The notes: generated by a model from the sequence alone, not told the origin. 64,000 nucleotides of DNA from an uncultured virus (IMG/VR IMGVR_UViG_2872485971_000002) (IMGVR_UViG_2872485971_000002:1-64000), one strand, 5' to 3'. Shown: positions 52,288-62,258, numbered from the stretch's first letter. Translations and numbers: made by a program.

Positions 52288-52506
52288 TTACTCAGGCAAT
52301 TCTTCTGTATTTGTTATTTCATATTCCATATCACTTAATTTAAAATTTTCAACTGATCCGTCAGCTTTTAAAAACGAGACTTCTTTAGATAAAAGTAAAT
52401 TTTCACAAATCCTGGTTACCAATGTTTCAGAGACTTCTGGACTATCTGCTTTGTTTTTGAGTACAATCTCCAGATTCAGTGCAATATTGTTTAAATAACC
52501 TGCCAT
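52288..52506 (-). CDS. yopT: YopT protein
   Basis: MAGYLNNIALNLEIVLKNKA... Confidence 0.75.
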   Translation of the reverse strand: MAGYLNNIALNLEIVLKNKADSPEVSETLVTRICENLLLSKEVSFLKADGSVENFKLSDMEYEITNTEELPE

Positions 52507-52556
52507 CCTCATTCTCCTATGTTCAATTTTCTGTGATAAACCCTTAAGGTGTTAAG

Positions 52557-52570
52557 GGAACGTGCGTTCT
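52557..52570. promoter_or_regulatory. Putative LexA (DinR/Cheo) box
   Basis: GGAACGTGCGTTCT fits GAAC-N4-GTTC, between divergent yopT and yopS. Confidence 0.55.
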
Positions 52571-52688
52571 GTTTTGTATAATCATTATACATAGAAAGTA
52601 GGTGTTATGCTAGTGGTTATTTATCGGCTTCGTATGGTATGATATGTATTATGTCTTTCCATAACAGAACGCAGGAGGATGTCCGATT

Positions 52689-52913
52689 ATGATTAAAGTT
52701 GAGATCGGGCAATGCTTGATACCTGAATTATGTAGAAAGAAAGACATTACAATCAATGAACTTTCAGAGATAACTGGGATTAAGAAACAGCAGCTGAGCG
52801 ACTATAATCGATTAGTTAAAGTAGATATGTCTATTCGAACTGCAAAAAGAATTGCTGCTGCTTTAGATTGTAATGTCGAAGACCTCTATGAATTCAAGGT
52901 TGAAAGGCATTGA
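52689..52913 (+). CDS. yopS: XRE-family HTH regulator
   Basis: HTH; AGGAGG RBS; paralogous to yotL. Confidence 0.85.
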   Translation: MIKVEIGQCLIPELCRKKDITINELSEITGIKKQQLSDYNRLVKVDMSIRTAKRIAAALDCNVEDLYEFKVERH

Positions 52914-53103
52914 AACGACTAAGACTTTGGTCTTGGTCTCCTCCTTAGTAAACCATATGGTTTACATGACCATCTTACTACATTTAAACATGTATTTAAA
53001 GTGATTATTTTGTCTATTTTTGTCGAAATGCGAATTTTTTCACAATTTTTTTTGAGATAAAAGAAAAATCCATTTAACCAAAATAGTCAAATGGATTTCA
53101 TAT

Positions 53104-54081
53104 TTAAATGGTCGTCTCTTTTAGACCTAGTTCTTCTGCGTAATATTTATTAACTTCTTCCTCATTAATATAATCTTGCATTGAATAAACTGCTCGATAT
53201 TTGGATTTCACTCTTAAATTAAAGTCATCTATAATCTGATACCTTACAGAGTTATCAATAACCCCTTTTTCTTTATAAAGCTGATATGCTCTATATAAAT
53301 GACCAGATCTAACAATAGTGTTTGGTGTTAAAAAGTTAATTTTAAAGAACTCAGATATATCGGTAATTAGATTAGTTATGACAAATTTGCTTGCTTGGCC
53401 GTCTCCTTTGTTGGACGTTCTTTTTGTTTTAACTACATAATCATTTTCAACTAAAAAGACTTCTTTTGTTTGGCCTTTTGCCTTCCCATTCTTTAATTTA
53501 TATTTAGTTTCCTGAGCTGCATTTAAGGCAATAACAAGACATTCACTACTTACTTTTAGTTTTCGTTCACCGTGCTTTGAATCATACAGGGTTAAAACGT
53601 TACCGTTAAGCATTGCATCCTCAACTTGCTTCTTCGTTAAACTTAGCAATTCAGAATGAGCTAAACCTGAAACCCCTTCAAACAACAGCCTTAATACAGC
53701 CTTTGATTGATAGTTAACTAATTGATTTTCCATTTCCTCTAATTCACTATAAGTAATATATAATTTTTTGTCTCCGAGACATTCATAAAGCTCTTCTTCA
53801 GAAATAGTTCTTGCCAAATTGGTTAATCCTTTACTTAACTTATATGAAATTGCCCAATCAATATACAATGACAATAATGCTAAGGTTCTTCGAACACTAC
53901 CAATAGTGGTTTGGTCGAATGATCGTATAAGTTCTAAAATTTGCATTGATGTGAAATCATAAATGTCTTTATTATATAAAGTCTCAGTAATCTCTGCTTT
54001 TGCAAAAATAGGCCTCATCTGCATAACCATACCCTCAGATAAGGTATCTAAATATTTTTCCTTAATCTCACTATTGAACAT
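53104..54081 (-). CDS. yopR: SPbeta master repressor MrpR/SroF (integrase-like fold)
   Basis: 325 aa MFNSEIKEKYL...; last gene of the sro operon; hairpin at about 53065-53098. Confidence 0.9.
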   Translation of the reverse strand: MFNSEIKEKYLDTLSEGMVMQMRPIFAKAEITETLYNKDIYDFTSMQILELIRSFDQTTIGSVRRTLALLSLYIDWAISYKLSKGLTNLARTISEEELYECLGDKKLYITYSELEEMENQLVNYQSKAVLRLLFEGVSGLAHSELLSLTKKQVEDAMLNGNVLTLYDSKHGERKLKVSSECLVIALNAAQETKYKLKNGKAKGQTKEVFLVENDYVVKTKRTSNKGDGQASKFVITNLITDISEFFKINFLTPNTIVRSGHLYRAYQLYKEKGVIDNSVRYQIIDDFNLRVKSKYRAVYSMQDYINEEEVNKYYAEELGLKETTI

Positions 54082-54104
54082 TGCAACAAACAACTCCTAA
54101 GTAA

Positions 54105-55487
54105 TTACTCGTCTATTTTTAAATTGTTAAAGAAATTCCATATCTTTTGTGGTGATTTAGCATTTCCATTCTTGTCTACTACACCTAATTCATCCCACAA
54201 TTTATTTTTCTTACTAAAGTCTATAGAGCTTAAAACATCGGTAATTTTACTTTCTAAATCATCTAGACTTACTCCATCTAACTGCAACTTCTTAGCTAGT
54301 ACAACGTAGCCGTTAAAGAACAAATAGTTGTTCACAAAACTTCTCTTTCTTTCTTTTGCTATATCACCTAAGAACTCATCCACATATTGTGTAGCTAAAG
54401 CATCAAAGAAAGATGTAAGGTATCTTGCAGTTTTTAAAATGTCTGCCTGAGTTGAAAAATCTTTTTTAGAATAACTTCTTTCAATTGCCTTTTTGAAGTC
54501 AGAAAAAGTTATAAGTAAGTTCTGATTCTGATTTACCCAGTCTCCATTTGTCTTTATATAATCACCAATTATGCTATTATCCTGAATGAACTTAACAATT
54601 TTATTAGAATAAACATTTTGGCTCATCTCAGCTACTTTAGATTTCTTCACTGGATTTATTGTGTTTTGTTGCCCAAAATGCTCTCTCGCCCTTTTTTGAG
54701 TGTAGTTATAGATGTCCACTTTAAAGGTTTCTTCAAACAAATGATCTAACTCAGGATGCTGTCTTATAGCCATAGTAATGCCTATTAGCCGGTGATACCC
54801 GTCTAAAACGTCTAAAATGGTGTCTTCAGTCACTGTAAGCGACATAGTGTCGTCATCATATTTTAATTCTTCGCCACAACTTGCGCTTCCAACACGTGCA
54901 TTAAACGTAAAAACTGATTTAATTAATTTCCCATCTAAGAACAGTTCCTTTATTTCTTCAACCGATTGTTTATTGAGCTGCGGTACAGGTATCTCAATAT
55001 CTGAGCCCTCTAGTTTTTTCGTTTTGTTCGTTCTTTGAGCATTAGGATTATAGTGCAATAACTTATTTTCAAATAGCATAAACAACTCTTTAGCAGTGAT
55101 GGGGAAGAAATAATTATCATCCGAATACTTTACAACTTGTTTGAATGTATACGGAAATTTTATATCTTCCTCCACAGATCCTTCCCATAACGTTTCAATT
55201 TCTCTCATATCCGTTTCTGTGAAGTAATTTCGTGGATTAAACCTTTCACTTTCAAGAACTGAGTATAGGGACTTGGCTAAAAAGTACATATATTCTTTAG
55301 AAATTTCGACTTCTGGATTTTCTATATCATAAATTAATTTTTGTGTTGTCCCTGGAGTAATTTTATTTTTAGCCATCTCTAATTGAATATCGTTAATAAA
55401 AGATCTTATGTGTTTATTTTTCGAGATAGCATCTTTCATTTCTGAAAGCAGTTTCTCATTTGCAGACTGATCAAAGATCACTGTCAT
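54105..55487 (-). CDS. yopQ: SroE, DndB/ParB-like (DGxHR) protein
   Basis: LDGYHR motif; 460 aa. Confidence 0.85.
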   Translation of the reverse strand: MTVIFDQSANEKLLSEMKDAISKNKHIRSFINDIQLEMAKNKITPGTTQKLIYDIENPEVEISKEYMYFLAKSLYSVLESERFNPRNYFTETDMREIETLWEGSVEEDIKFPYTFKQVVKYSDDNYFFPITAKELFMLFENKLLHYNPNAQRTNKTKKLEGSDIEIPVPQLNKQSVEEIKELFLDGKLIKSVFTFNARVGSASCGEELKYDDDTMSLTVTEDTILDVLDGYHRLIGITMAIRQHPELDHLFEETFKVDIYNYTQKRAREHFGQQNTINPVKKSKVAEMSQNVYSNKIVKFIQDNSIIGDYIKTNGDWVNQNQNLLITFSDFKKAIERSYSKKDFSTQADILKTARYLTSFFDALATQYVDEFLGDIAKERKRSFVNNYLFFNGYVVLAKKLQLDGVSLDDLESKITDVLSSIDFSKKNKLWDELGVVDKNGNAKSPQKIWNFFNNLKIDE

Positions 55488-55593
55488 ATAGCCTTTCACC
55501 TCATGTCATGTTGCTAAATTTAAAGTTACCAAAGGCAATCTGGTTAATCAAGAAGAATTATCATTTGAACTGAGTAATATACCGAAAAAATGA

Positions 55594-56670
55594 TTATCGC
55601 TCATTTACATGCTTTATAAACTTTTTTAATGTAACAAGATCAGCGTTTTCAAAAAAACTAATAAAATCCTCTTGGGTTGCTTCATATAGTGGATTTAAAT
55701 CGATTTTTTCATCCATTGTTACACCAGCAGAGTTCGCTATGTTAATCTTTCTGCTCATATATCTCTCTGTTGTTAATGTGTTTTTATGATTTCCTTGTTC
55801 TTTTGCTGCAAGTAAATCGTGACCAGAATTCTCATAGACATAGTCAATTCCTACACCCTTAAATGAGTGTAAGACTAATTCTCTTTCAGGAGGTATTCCT
55901 AACCTTTTTTTCGACCTTTTTAAGGAGTGTCGTAAAGATTGTTCCGAAAGCCCCTGAAAAACCAATTCAGTTTCGCTGTCATCCTCTTCCTTCAGCTGCA
56001 ACAATTCCTCATAAAATACCTGGTTAATGCCTGTAGACACAACCTGAGATCCTTTATCAATAACTGTTACTATATAATGGCCTGTACTTTCATCAAGCTG
56101 TATGTCTTTCCATCTTACTCGCAAAATCGCACTTACACGAAAAGAAGTTCTGATGGCGAATTTAACAAACAGCTTTTTCATTAAAGGTTTCTGTCTTTCA
56201 TTTATATACATATCCTGAGCGATTCTTTCGGCTTCTGTCTGGGTTGTTTTATCCCAGTTTTTAGTTACTGTTTTAAGCCTTTCGACAGTATTAAACACCG
56301 ACAAGTCAATATAGTCCTTATAATCATGCTCCAAATATGTATAGAGCATCTTCAAGGAGGTCATTTTTCTGTTAATACTATTATTAACTAATCCCTTTTC
56401 CTGAAGATACTTCACATAGTTGCTTAATTCGCTTTTACTTACAACTAAATCATCGGGAACTAAACTTTTGACATCTTTACCTTTAATCACACTAAAGAAC
56501 TGCTTAATATCCCCTTCATAATTCTTTCTGGTGTTCGACACCCTTCTAGTTGATGAAGGCATCATATAGTTAGAATTCCCTGAGCTACTTCTTATATCTT
56601 TATTGATTAAAAAGCCCTCGATATCATCGTAAACCGCATAATTTTTTAATTGTTTAATTTTATTTTGCAT
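55594..56670 (-). CDS. yopP: SroD, tyrosine recombinase-family protein
   Basis: SAM-like N-terminus; FRVSA, DKG, LHSFK, GNH..TTERY. Confidence 0.88.
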   Translation of the reverse strand: MQNKIKQLKNYAVYDDIEGFLINKDIRSSSGNSNYMMPSSTRRVSNTRKNYEGDIKQFFSVIKGKDVKSLVPDDLVVSKSELSNYVKYLQEKGLVNNSINRKMTSLKMLYTYLEHDYKDYIDLSVFNTVERLKTVTKNWDKTTQTEAERIAQDMYINERQKPLMKKLFVKFAIRTSFRVSAILRVRWKDIQLDESTGHYIVTVIDKGSQVVSTGINQVFYEELLQLKEEDDSETELVFQGLSEQSLRHSLKRSKKRLGIPPERELVLHSFKGVGIDYVYENSGHDLLAAKEQGNHKNTLTTERYMSRKINIANSAGVTMDEKIDLNPLYEATQEDFISFFENADLVTLKKFIKHVNER

Positions 56671-56872
56671 TATCTTCTCCTCCTTTCTCATCTAATAACT
56701 CATCAATAGAGACATTCAACACCAGAGCGATAAGCTTTATGGTTGTAACATCTGATTCATCTGGCATTTCAATGATTTTGTTTAATGTCTGCATATCAAT
56801 CATTGTCTCCCTCGACAATTCCTCTATTGTGATGCCACGTTTGACCATTAGCTGTTTTATTCGCTCTGACAT
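56660..56872 (-). CDS. yopO: XRE HTH regulator (SroC)
   Basis: HTH_XRE. Confidence 0.85.
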   Translation of the reverse strand: MSERIKQLMVKRGITIEELSRETMIDMQTLNKIIEMPDESDVTTIKLIALVLNVSIDELLDEKGGEDNAK

Positions 56873-56919
56873 GTCAACCTCCTATTTTTATGTATACTAT
56901 AGACTGCAGTGCGTATATG

Positions 56920-57237
56920 TTATGGTTGATAAATAAACTCTTCAAATTCAATTGCAATGTGTCGTTTTAAATTCTTCACAAAATGTATTAGGGATCTAAA
57001 ATGCGGATTATTTTCAATGCTTCTTTTTAATCCATCTCCACCTAATAATACTCTATTTAGATCTTTTAATAATGCTGCTATCTCTATTTTTGCACCATGT
57101 AGATCATCTTCAGTTTTTGCATTAACAATCATTTTCCTAATGTTTAGTACACTCTCTATGTAAGTTTGTTTAGCATTTAAAACAAAATCGGCATCAATAT
57201 CTTTATGATTTGTAGACCTAAGTTCTACAACATGCAT
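56920..57237 (-). CDS. yopN: YopN (SroB), lysis-lysogeny factor
   Basis: Sequence and position after yopM. Confidence 0.8.
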
Positions 57238-57239
57238 CA

Positions 57240-57440
57240 TTAATCCTCCTTGTATTCGCTTAGCAATTTCATGTATCCTTTAGTTAGTTGTTTTCGAACA
57301 TTTTCATTCTTCATTATTTTTGACTTTTCAATGCTTTTTTCATGAAAAAACAAATCATTTTTAACTAAGCTTTCAACTTTCTTTTGGTAAATGGTTTTAT
57401 GCATTGTCATACTGTTTTTTAAGTAACTAATTGCGGACAT
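57240..57440 (-). CDS. yopM: YopM (SroA)
   Basis: 66 aa; AGGAGG RBS. Confidence 0.8.
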
Positions 57441-57529
57441 ACCACCAACCTCCTATATACATATTTTTTATCTTTTGCATCTATAGCAATTGTAATGCAT
57501 TACAAAAGGGAAGTAAAGATTTTTTTAAC

Positions 57530-57610
57530 GACAAATAGCACATTCTACGCAATTTTTTTTGCGAATGTGCTGCTTTGTAATGCATTTCATTTAATTAGGG
57601 TGTATGTATT
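57530..57610 (-). ncRNA. aimX: aimX transcript region (boundaries approximate)
   Basis: Downstream of the AimR box; ends at hairpin AGCACATTC...GAATGTGCT (57537-57571). Confidence 0.55.
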
Positions 57611-57618
57611 TGAAGTTG

Positions 57619-57655
57619 ATCACTAGATGTTATTAAAACCTAATATTTAAGTGAT
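57619..57655. promoter_or_regulatory. AimR binding box
   Basis: ATCACT-N25-AGTGAT inverted repeat. Confidence 0.9.
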
Positions 57656-57671
57656 GGCCTTAAAACTACAA

Positions 57672-57703
57672 AAGACGCTTAGCTCAAAAGAGCCAAACGT
57701 CTT
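57672..57703 (-). terminator. Terminator downstream of aimP
   Basis: AAGACG...CGTCTT stem, followed by TTTG on the minus strand. Confidence 0.65.
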
Positions 57704-57767
57704 CCTTTTCTCTGTTTAATTTAATTAAATAAATAATAATACTAATAACTTTATGTGTCAATGGATT

Positions 57768-57893
57768 TTATGCTCCACGTGGCATTCCAGCAACCTCATA
57801 ATCACCTGAAGCTTGTTGGATTGAAGAATCTGCACTTATGTAAGAAGTGCCCAGTGCGCCCAAGATAACTAAAGCCATAATAAGTTTTTTCAT
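57768..57893 (-). CDS. aimP: Arbitrium pro-peptide AimP (YopL), mature GMPRGA
   Basis: MKKLIMALVILGALGTSYISADSSIQQASGDYEVAGMPRGA; AGGAGGTG RBS. Confidence 0.96.
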   Translation of the reverse strand: MKKLIMALVILGALGTSYISADSSIQQASGDYEVAGMPRGA

Positions 57894-57906
57894 TGTCTCA
57901 CCTCCT

Positions 57907-59067
57907 TTAAAGTAAAAGTAATTCTAAAAGTTTTTGATTTTCACCCATCTTTTGCAGTTCTAACAGTGGCAGCCTAATAAGGAATTTGTCATTAGACTTT
58001 TTAAAATACTCGATTGAAGAATAGAAACATGCTTTATTTTGTTCGAGTCTTCCTTTCAAATAATAATGCATTGCAAGCTCATTATCGTTGTGAACTAAAA
58101 GATCTAGTTTATCCAAAACTTCTTTTGCTTTGGAATTTTCATTAAAGTTGATAAAACAATGAGCTTGCTCCTGCAAATCCATAATTGAATCAGATTCAAA
58201 ATTAATCCACTTATTTTCTTTGCGCCATACATTATTTAAGAAGCACAAAGCCTGCTGGAAAATCATGTTGTAATTTTCATTTTGAACAGAAATGCTTAGC
58301 CCTTTTAAAAAGTTTTCTTGAGCCAATTCATAATTCGAAAATAATAGAGAGTTGCCAATAGTTAAGTAGCTGAAAACCTGAAATCTCAGGATATTTGTAC
58401 TTTCCAATGCCTTTTTAGAGTACTCTCTGCACTCCTCTAATGAATTTTCATTTAACTTTATATTAGACATTAGAACATGAACTCTTGTTTGATATGTATT
58501 TCTAATGTACATGTTCTCAGAAATCTCACTTAGGTCAATTTGTTTTATAAGTTGGGCCATCGGAGAAAAGTTACCAGTGCTTAAATAATGATAAAGCAGC
58601 AAGAGTCTTGAGAAAGAATTCATTTCAGGTGTTTTTATATTTAATTTGCCGAGTCTTTTCACTGCCTCAAATTCAGTAATAACACTGTTAGACAGTTCTC
58701 TATGTATTTTATACACTTTTCCATATTCTTTACTTTTCATATTGCTGCAAGAAATCATTGAATCTATTAAAGCATCCTCTATTTCAAAAAACATATTTGC
58801 ATCAGCATACTCCAATGCACTTCTTGCTGCCTTTGTCTTTACATCTAGGTTTAAACAGTAATCTTTCATTAATTCATATTCACGGTCTGGATACTGACTC
58901 TTAACAATGTTGACTATTGAAGAAAATTCATTAAAAGTTTTCCCATCATGGTTTAAGAAGTCATAAAGAGGATTGGGGTTTTTAAGGCCAGCTACTGTTG
59001 CCCATTTATTCATTAAAGAGTTGTCATTTTCCAAGTCTTTCTTCATAGCTATCCTTATTAACTCCAT
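57907..59067 (-). CDS. aimR: Arbitrium receptor AimR (YopK), HTH-TPR
   Basis: 386 aa MELIRIAMKKDLENDNSLM..., directly upstream of aimP. Confidence 0.96.
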   Translation of the reverse strand: MELIRIAMKKDLENDNSLMNKWATVAGLKNPNPLYDFLNHDGKTFNEFSSIVNIVKSQYPDREYELMKDYCLNLDVKTKAARSALEYADANMFFEIEDALIDSMISCSNMKSKEYGKVYKIHRELSNSVITEFEAVKRLGKLNIKTPEMNSFSRLLLLYHYLSTGNFSPMAQLIKQIDLSEISENMYIRNTYQTRVHVLMSNIKLNENSLEECREYSKKALESTNILRFQVFSYLTIGNSLLFSNYELAQENFLKGLSISVQNENYNMIFQQALCFLNNVWRKENKWINFESDSIMDLQEQAHCFINFNENSKAKEVLDKLDLLVHNDNELAMHYYLKGRLEQNKACFYSSIEYFKKSNDKFLIRLPLLELQKMGENQKLLELLLL

Positions 59068-59241
59068 TATTTCCCCTCATTTCTTTTTGTTGTCTTTATT
59101 GGTTAACTTAATAATACTATAGATCACATTACGAGTCAATTATTTTATACATATTTTTTGTATTTGTATTCTCTTTAAAATTCCTATTTTAATTAGATAC
59201 AATGAGGAATAGCTCCTCATTGCACAAAGTTAATTCCACCT

Positions 59242-59667
59242 TTAAACGCCATGTTTTAGATTGTGATAAACCTCTTCTGCGATATCTTTTACAAATTTGT
59301 CGCAGATTTCTCTATCAAAATTCCTTAAACACTTAGCAAAGTAAAGTATATTTTGTACGTGGTCATAACAATTAGTCATGGCCAATGTAGTTGCTAAAGA
59401 AAGCAACAAGTCTTTGTAGTTTATGCTTCCTGCTAATCCTTTGTAAATTACATGTTGATTATCTGTAAACACAGGATTATCCTCACTTAAAATAAAGTCG
59501 CATTTTGCAGCAACATCTTCACGTTCTTCATAAATCAATTCTTTTATTAATTCTGCAAGTTCCTTTACAGACAAATTAGAGTAACTAACTTTTAGAAGAT
59601 TGAAAGAATCAACACCTATTTCACCGTGTAGGTCTTCCCACCTAATATATAAAAATGTGTTTTTCAT
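59242..59667 (-). CDS. yopJ: Hypothetical phage protein
   Basis: Synteny; hairpin at 59200-59222 downstream. Confidence 0.6.
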   Translation of the reverse strand: MKNTFLYIRWEDLHGEIGVDSFNLLKVSYSNLSVKELAELIKELIYEEREDVAAKCDFILSEDNPVFTDNQHVIYKGLAGSINYKDLLLSLATTLAMTNCYDHVQNILYFAKCLRNFDREICDKFVKDIAEEVYHNLKHGV

Positions 59668-59700
59668 ATTAACTCCTTAAAACAATTATTTTTTTGATTT

Positions 59701-60363
59701 TCACCATAGCTCTCCATCTTCAAGTTTTAAATTGAACACGTCTAAAAAGAGGTTTAATAAATATTCACACTCTTTATCACCACCACAAAATTCTGGTGAT
59801 AAAGCTACAGTTATCATGTCCCAATTCCACATTTTCTCTTTCATGTTTAATAATTGAGTCCTTATGGCTTCTTCAGGTAATAACAAAGCATTTGAGTTAT
59901 AATCTAAGTAGTTTTTATTAAAATAATCTAAGTCCAAATCAAGAATCAAACTTGTACCTTCTGTTTCCTTGTACCAATTTTCTCTCAATACTTGTTCATA
60001 ATGATTGTATGTATATGCTTGTCGGAAATTTTCAGATTGTTCAATATATACGGTATCATCGCTAATTGTAAAACAACCTTTTAATGTGCCATTTTTTTGT
60101 GCTGGTATTATAAATTCTACAATATCTAATTGGTTAGCGATTTCGACTGCCTGACTTTCCTCTTTTATATCCGAAACATCTATTGGATTGTCACAGTAAT
60201 CTAAATGCGAATCAATATGAATTAGGGATGCCCCAGGTTGTATGTATCCCCTTAATCTTCCTATTTCCCAAGCTGCAAAAGCGAAATTATGGTCTCTTGA
60301 AATAAAAATTCTTTTGTTTGGAAAACAAATACGTAAATTACCATGCAACATTTTTTCAATCAT
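59701..60363 (-). CDS. UPF0489-family (arginase/deacetylase-like fold) protein
   Basis: DHN, HIDSHLD, LDLDLDYF, TVALSPEFCGG. Confidence 0.75.
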   Translation of the reverse strand: MIEKMLHGNLRICFPNKRIFISRDHNFAFAAWEIGRLRGYIQPGASLIHIDSHLDYCDNPIDVSDIKEESQAVEIANQLDIVEFIIPAQKNGTLKGCFTISDDTVYIEQSENFRQAYTYNHYEQVLRENWYKETEGTSLILDLDLDYFNKNYLDYNSNALLLPEEAIRTQLLNMKEKMWNWDMITVALSPEFCGGDKECEYLLNLFLDVFNLKLEDGELW

Positions 60364-60379
60364 TTTTTAACCTCTTCTG

Positions 60380-60922
60380 CTATTTTAAATTATACCTTTT
60401 TAAATCTTCTAAGACTCTATAATGATAATCAGGATCCTCTTCTAAAACATCATAAATGATCTTTGTTTTGATGAAATCCTCTGCCCAAGACATATCAAAT
60501 GTATCTTGCGAACTCACTAGTAAAATTTTTTTAATATTTTTGAAGAAAGTAATATCCTTTAATAATTCTTCTCTAAGCTTCTGTTTTGTCAGAGGCAAAA
60601 GAGGGTAAATAATTGCAAAATCCAAATCACTTGGTGTCTTATCCCATGTGCTTCTAGTAATAGTGTCAATATAAACTGTACTTCCGTTCAAATTATAAGG
60701 GACTCCTGTTTTTAAAGTTCCAGTTGCCTTCATAAACACCTTAGCATTATCTAAGCTGCTAGTTCTAAGTAAAATTCTTGATCCAACAAAATTCTCAGTT
60801 ATGGTTTTAAACACAAGTTCATGTTTCTTAAACATATTTGTTCCAGTCATTAAAGCAACTTTTTCATTTGATTCAATAAAAGAAAGAATTTTCTCAACTG
60901 CTTGACCTTTGTTATTGCTCAT
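60380..60922 (-). CDS. Hypothetical protein, possible degenerate P-loop fold
   Basis: EKVALMTGT..K; 17 nt from the UPF0489 gene. Confidence 0.6.
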   Translation of the reverse strand: MSNNKGQAVEKILSFIESNEKVALMTGTNMFKKHELVFKTITENFVGSRILLRTSSLDNAKVFMKATGTLKTGVPYNLNGSTVYIDTITRSTWDKTPSDLDFAIIYPLLPLTKQKLREELLKDITFFKNIKKILLVSSQDTFDMSWAEDFIKTKIIYDVLEEDPDYHYRVLEDLKRYNLK

Positions 60923-60990
60923 ACTTTTCACCTTCATTTTTAATTTTTAAAACGTAGTACAATTAACAATGCAGATTACTATAAAATCAA

Positions 60991-61785
60991 CTATGTTAAT
61001 TTAGCGATTAATAGTATAGTAATATCAAACACTAGATGCACTATGTATCCAATAAAAAAGTTCCCTGATCGGAAAAACAAAAAAACTTGCATTAATGTAA
61101 AAGGTAAGCCGATTAAAAAAACGCATTGAAGAACATTACCGTTATATACTGCCAAATGCGCTAGACCAAAAATTAAAATTGCAGGGATTAAAGATATTAT
61201 CACGACAATTTTATTGTTAAGTTTCACTTTTAAAAACAATAAAAAGAAAAAGTAATACACAGAATAGAACAGAATTTGCTCTGCTATGAGACCTATCGAT
61301 AAACTATAAATAGTAATACCGATTGGATCCTCAACTGCAGGATTTGCACTTGGCTTTATTCCTTTTAGTAAGAGGCCTATGTTTACCGATAGTATAATCT
61401 CCGTTAATACTCCCAAAATTATATAAATCAATATTCTTGAAAATTTCACTTTAAAGAATAAAGCTCGGTAATTGCCTTTAAAAACATAGATAAAACTTAG
61501 AAGCAAGGGAAACGTCTGAAATACAGGCAACACCAAATTTGCTATTAAGATATTCCCTTGAGATATTCTCAGTATAAAATTGCCAACATGCTCAAAATAA
61601 ATTACATAGGTGATCCATGATAATGATACAGAAAAAAGCATAAGAAGCTTCAAAAAACCTACTTTGTTTAATAATTGCTCTGTTTCAATTAATGTCCTCT
61701 TAATCGAGTTTATATTATACTTAATAAATTCTCTAAATGAATCATTATCTTTTTGATAAGAAGTTGAAGTTTGATTTACTTTCAA
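60991..61785 (-). CDS. CPBP (CAAX protease/Abi)-like membrane protein
   Basis: AEQILF, FGLAH, H..FD; multiple TM segments. Confidence 0.65.
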   Translation of the reverse strand: MKVNQTSTSYQKDNDSFREFIKYNINSIKRTLIETEQLLNKVGFLKLLMLFSVSLSWITYVIYFEHVGNFILRISQGNILIANLVLPVFQTFPLLLSFIYVFKGNYRALFFKVKFSRILIYIILGVLTEIILSVNIGLLLKGIKPSANPAVEDPIGITIYSLSIGLIAEQILFYSVYYFFFLLFLKVKLNNKIVVIISLIPAILIFGLAHLAVYNGNVLQCVFLIGLPFTLMQVFLFFRSGNFFIGYIVHLVFDITILLIAKLT

Positions 61786-61813
61786 TTTACACGTTCCCCT
61801 CAGATCCGCTTTA

Positions 61814-62115
61814 TTAGTGTTCCTCTCTCATCTTTTTGTTTAGTTTGAAGCCAATTAAGACATTGACAATAGCTGCTGGAAGATATAAAACTCCTGCACC
61901 TATTATTCCTAATGCAGTACTTGAGCTCACAATGAATGTCTGCATTTCTGTGTTTCTTGACTTCAAGCAAAGTAATACTAGGAGTCCAGCTAAAACCCCC
62001 ATAAGACGTGCAATACCTGGAATAAAGAAATCTGTTAGGACTCCAAATAATTGCCCTATAATTGATAGCACAATCCCTAAAAAGCTGGACAATAAAACTA
62101 AATTTTTAATGGCAT
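61814..62115 (-). pseudogene. Membrane protein gene with a frameshift in an A5 run near the start
   Basis: The RBS-supported ATG at 62115 hits TAG after five codons; one extra A would join it to ORF 61814-62092. Confidence 0.5.
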
Positions 62116-62126
62116 TTCACCCCTTT

Positions 62127-62258
62127 TCAAAGCCGCTTCCATTCCACATACTCAAACCGTTTATGATATAGGTCTTCAAGTATAGCAGCCCATTCAATCC
62201 AACCTTCTGCAACAATGTTTTTCTTTTCTCCATTCTCAATCCACTCTATCCAATACAC
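62127..62258 (-). CDS. yopG: Small Trp-rich protein, 43 aa
   Basis: MYWIEWIENGEKKNIVAEGWIEW... Confidence 0.6.
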   Translation of the reverse strand: MYWIEWIENGEKKNIVAEGWIEWAAILEDLYHKRFEYVEWKRL

